Source: a virus. From it: a stretch of 64,000 bases of DNA. Position 1 is the first letter of the stretch. The number at the start of each line of letters is the position of its first letter. The stretch lies in IMG/VR virus record IMGVR_UViG_3300009164_000039, one strand, 5' to 3'. The position numbers were made by a program, and so were the translations under genes. Of the stretch, positions 60,789 through 64,000 are shown piece after piece. The notes beneath the pieces were generated by a model, which saw nothing but the letters and a program-made list of their open reading frames with translations, ran no database searches and was not told where the DNA came from.

Positions 60789-61883
60789 TTACTTTAGCCC
60801 TGCTAAACGCTTGATCTCAATGACATTGTCACTGGGTTCCGCAGTTTGTGTTTTAGCAGTTTTATCTCCTGTTACTGTGCTACGGCTTTCGCTGATCACA
60901 GTTTTACCTGTTTTCATTGCGCCATTGTTCAGTACGGCAGGGAGATACTTTTCATATGCATTCTGTAATTTGTCAGTTTGCACATTTTCAAGAAGTTGAC
61001 TCATAATTGTAGCCTTCTCCTTGTTAAGAGTCTTCAATAGTGCATCCATAGTTTCCTTGCGGGCTACACTTTCTTTAACTATCTTAATCTCTTTGTTTTT
61101 TGTTTCAACAAGTGCTTTTGTTGTTTCAGCAATATGAACAGCTTCTTTTAGTTGCTTGTTCTTGTGTTGAACCATGTCTTGTAGTTTAGCAATTTCACGA
61201 TTCTCATTGAGATGTGTTACAGCAAACTCACTAGCAAATGCTTCGAACAGACGACGACCAAAATTGTTCTCACGAGCAATTTGAATGTCTTCTTTAAGTT
61301 GAGTTAACTCAGACTCAAGTTTGGTACCTACAGACTCTTTTACAAGTTTGGCACTACGCTCAATAAACTGCTTGCGCAATTGATCATGCTGTTGTCGTGC
61401 CTCAGCTACTAAGCGTACCTTTGCTTCGATTACAGATTTTTTGTCTGTTTCGAATTCACTGATCTCTTCAGCAAGACTCTTCATAACAAACTTCTCAAGT
61501 TGAGAAATATTGTTTTCGTATGTCTTGCGATCAGCACGTAGTTCTTTGATTTCTTCAGCTAGTTTAGTAACTAAGAAATTGTCGAACTTGCTTGCGCTTT
61601 CGCTCATGTGACGTTTGAATTTCACACGATCTTCAGCTAGCTTTTGCTTGTCTTCTGCAAACTCTTTAATTTCTGCAGAAAGAGACTCGGTTACCATCTT
61701 GTCTAGAGCTTCAACCATCATGCCTTTGTCGTGTTCGTAACGACCGGCAAACTCCTCACGGAGTTCTGCACGAATAGACTCGCGAGCTTCATGCAACTTG
61801 GCTTCCCAAGCTTCACTAATGGCTGTACGTGTGTCTTCGTTGATGATACCGCTGTCTAGCAACGGTTTGATAGCATCAAACAT
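60789..61883 (-). CDS. gp22: Prohead core scaffolding protein
   Basis: Coiled-coil, Glu/Lys-rich, located between protease and capsid genes. Confidence 0.8.
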   Translation of the reverse strand: MFDAIKPLLDSGIINEDTRTAISEAWEAKLHEARESIRAELREEFAGRYEHDKGMMVEALDKMVTESLSAEIKEFAEDKQKLAEDRVKFKRHMSESASKFDNFLVTKLAEEIKELRADRKTYENNISQLEKFVMKSLAEEISEFETDKKSVIEAKVRLVAEARQQHDQLRKQFIERSAKLVKESVGTKLESELTQLKEDIQIARENNFGRRLFEAFASEFAVTHLNENREIAKLQDMVQHKNKQLKEAVHIAETTKALVETKNKEIKIVKESVARKETMDALLKTLNKEKATIMSQLLENVQTDKLQNAYEKYLPAVLNNGAMKTGKTVISESRSTVTGDKTAKTQTAEPSDNVIEIKRLAGLK

Positions 61884-61893
61884 TACCTATCTC

Positions 61894-62535
61894 CTATAGT
61901 TTCAAGTCTTTGATCAAGCGAGTTACCTGCTCTTTCAAATACTTTTGTACTCGTTGATTTCCGCCAGCCTCGCCAGCGATTTCCAACACCCTATGACCGT
62001 TGCGCATATTCATCATGCCTTCGTAGATTGCATGAGGATATGCATGAGGAGCGGATGGTTGGGCGACCACATCCACCGTGATTATTTCAAAATCACTCAC
62101 ATGTCCCGAGCCTTCGCTTACATTACCTGATCCGCGACTGCTCACACCTAGTTTGACTCCGCTTTCCAACATGGTTTTAACCAGGTTACCCATTGGAGTC
62201 GGTAACACTTTTAATTTTCCGTAACCACAATGACCGTCCATCCACATGTCAGTGATCATGTGGCTAACTCTGTCAAGGTTAATTTTCAAGTCATCTGGGT
62301 GATCTACTTCACCCAATACGGAATAGCCACCTTTGATCTGCTCATTGATGGTGCTTACGGCTTTTGATATTTCGTGAATAGGGTAAACACGTTGGTTGGC
62401 GTTTTTCAAGCCACCTTCGATGAATACCCCTTTCATATAGAGATTCTTACCGCCTTTGCCGTCGTTGGTTTCTTCTGTTAGAAGCTCCATACGGGCCGCA
62501 TCAAATGTAAGATTCTCTCTTAGGTACGAAGCCAT
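61894..62535 (-). CDS. gp21: Prohead core protease
   Basis: N.N.RVYP, GEVDHP, GVSSRGSG, D.V..PSAP.A. Confidence 0.95.
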   Translation of the reverse strand: MASYLRENLTFDAARMELLTEETNDGKGGKNLYMKGVFIEGGLKNANQRVYPIHEISKAVSTINEQIKGGYSVLGEVDHPDDLKINLDRVSHMITDMWMDGHCGYGKLKVLPTPMGNLVKTMLESGVKLGVSSRGSGNVSEGSGHVSDFEIITVDVVAQPSAPHAYPHAIYEGMMNMRNGHRVLEIAGEAGGNQRVQKYLKEQVTRLIKDLKL

Positions 62536-62551
62536 ATTATAAGTGCCCTAA

Positions 62552-63496
62552 TTACTTAATTTTCTTAAGAATGCTTTGCTTATCTACAGACACAGAACCA
62601 TCAGTTGTGCTACCTTCTGGCTTTTTAGCAGTTGCTTTTGTGTTGTAATAGTCTTGAGCACCTTTGTTGCCACCTGGCTGGTTTACATTGCGCTCAGCAC
62701 CTTTTAGTGTGCCTTGACCTTTTGTATACACATTGCTTGGTGCTTTGTATTGTTTGCCGTCTGGGTTTTGCTCACTGCCACCTTTAACGATGTTGGCAGT
62801 TGTACCGCCCATGTCGTTTTTCTTGGCAATAATGCTTTGCTTGTTGATTGGTGTAGTTCCACCTTTACCAACTTCGCCGCCTTCAGTTTTGTCAGCGCCA
62901 CCAGATACTTTTTCTACGTATTCACGAATGCGTTCAGCTTCAGACTTGGTACGACGAGACTCAGCAACTTCTTCTTCGTCGTCTTCTTCGTCTTCGTCTT
63001 TGTCTTCTTCAGCTTCCATGTACATGCCTTCGACTTCTTCTTCGCCGCCCATGTCATCTCCGCCCATTTCGTCGCCCATGCCCATGTCGTCATGGCCTTC
63101 TTCGCCTTGCTCGTCGCTCATTAGTGCGTCAAACTCAGCTTTCAATTCGTCCATTGCGGCTTCCAGGTCCATCACGCGATCTTCAATAGGAGCTTCTTCG
63201 CCGCCCATTTCGTCGCCCATGCCCATGTCATCTCCGCCCATTTCTTCTTCGCCGCCCATTTCATCAGACATTTCGTCATCAGCTTCAGCTTCATGCATGC
63301 CTTCTTCATCGGCCATGACTTCGTCAGCTAAACCATGTACCTGGTTACCGCCAACGCCTTCTTCATAGTTTTCCTCATCCATAATGTTCTCATAGATGTC
63401 GCGGCTCTTTTCAACCACGATGGTGTGGAATAAGGCTTTCGCCTTGTCTTGTTCATCATTGATGATGTATTCAATGAGTTGTTCGTATTTGTTCAT
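62552..63496 (-). CDS. Acidic prohead core protein
   Basis: Very Glu/Asp/Met/Gly-rich; position between portal and protease as for T4 gp67/gp68. Confidence 0.65.
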   Translation of the reverse strand: MNKYEQLIEYIINDEQDKAKALFHTIVVEKSRDIYENIMDEENYEEGVGGNQVHGLADEVMADEEGMHEAEADDEMSDEMGGEEEMGGDDMGMGDEMGGEEAPIEDRVMDLEAAMDELKAEFDALMSDEQGEEGHDDMGMGDEMGGDDMGGEEEVEGMYMEAEEDKDEDEEDDEEEVAESRRTKSEAERIREYVEKVSGGADKTEGGEVGKGGTTPINKQSIIAKKNDMGGTTANIVKGGSEQNPDGKQYKAPSNVYTKGQGTLKGAERNVNQPGGNKGAQDYYNTKATAKKPEGSTTDGSVSVDKQSILKKIK

Positions 63497-63592
63497 TGGA
63501 GAACTCCTTTGTAATATAGCTTGTAAGATATTTACATAACTGCGCAGAAAACTACCTAATATAGGTGTTTTTTGAAGAATTTTGTAAGATAA

Positions 63593-63826
63593 TTAGAGAC
63601 TGGCCGGTGCGCCTTCGCCGGCAGCTGGTGCAGAGTATTGTTTTTTAAGATCTTCCATCTTGCCGTCGTGCTCAAATTTACGTACATCATTCATCATACG
63701 TAAACGATTCAACTGGCCAAGTGTGAGTCTAGTTTTGCGCAGGTCAGAGATTTTAAGAGGCGAATTGTCTTGTTTTTCGTCTCTGTAGCCTGCAGGGTCT
63801 TGTGCCCAAAATTCTGTTATATACAT
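63593..63826 (-). CDS. Hypothetical protein (77 aa)
   Basis: TAAATA upstream; RKTRLTL.QLN.LR motif. Confidence 0.72.
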   Translation of the reverse strand: MYITEFWAQDPAGYRDEKQDNSPLKISDLRKTRLTLGQLNRLRMMNDVRKFEHDGKMEDLKKQYSAPAAGEGAPASL

Positions 63827-63852
63827 ATTGTTATTTACCCAAAATGTACAAT

Positions 63853-64000
63853 TTAGGCACTGCCCACTGGGCTGGCAGTTCCTGGTGTGGCAGGCGGTGC
63901 TCCTCCAACAGGTGGTGCTCCTTCTGCCCCGGGTGGTGGCATGCCAGCTTCTCCGCCTTCGGGCGGCGGTGCTAGGCTTTCAATGTCTGCGCTGATACCA
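63853..64000 (-). CDS. gp20: 3' end of probable portal protein (5'-truncated)
   Basis: Pro/Gly/Ala-rich tail ...SLAPPPEGGEAGMPPPGAEGAPP...GSA*; identity inferred from T4 gene order only. Confidence 0.5.
   Translation of the reverse strand, partial: GISADIESLAPPPEGGEAGMPPPGAEGAPPVGGAPPATPGTASPVGSA

Noticed and set aside
14940-63368. Long antisense ORFs over gp32, structural and core genes (e.g. 14940..15545, 35654..36316, 48579..49322, 62733..63368)
   Set aside because: These are typical shadows of codon-biased or low-complexity sense genes, with no SD, promoter or motif support.
1-64000. Stop-codon reassignment (alternative genetic code)
   Set aside because: Long conserved genes translate intact in code 11, TAA, TAG and TGA all end genes, and no CUA/UCA/UUA-anticodon suppressor tRNA was found.
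1-64000. CRISPR array
   Set aside because: There is no run of identical repeats with unique spacers; the periodicity at 4.4-11.5 kb is tRNA T-arm/CCA similarity.

Overview
A 64 kb segment of a large T4-like (myovirus) bacteriophage genome, coded almost entirely on the minus strand. From left to right: (1) tail-fibre-like genes and a stand-alone malonyl-CoA decarboxylase catalytic domain. (2) A ~7 kb RNA cluster (4.4-11.5 kb) with 35 free-standing tRNA genes covering all 20 amino acids, a ~0.9 kb GOLLD-like ornate RNA with an embedded tRNA-Lys-like domain, several small structured RNAs and three short leader ORFs. (3) Methyltransferases, an Asp/Asn-hydroxylase-like dioxygenase, uvsY, uvsX and gp32. 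(4) Terminase, HNH, a secreted nuclease and candidate internal head proteins. (5) Tail tube, sheath and neck genes, dNMP kinase and a NUDIX hydrolase. (6) A long block of modular tail-fibre/adhesin genes. (7) The head module: gp23, gp22, gp21, a core protein and the 3' end of the portal. The strongest candidate for an undescribed system is translation-coupled control of the tRNA cluster. A 45-aa leader containing all 20 amino acids sits in a complete terminator/antiterminator attenuator upstream of the main tRNA operon, and two mini-ORFs carry codons cognate to the tRNAs directly downstream of them. All calls are from manual reading; no database searches or folding software were run.
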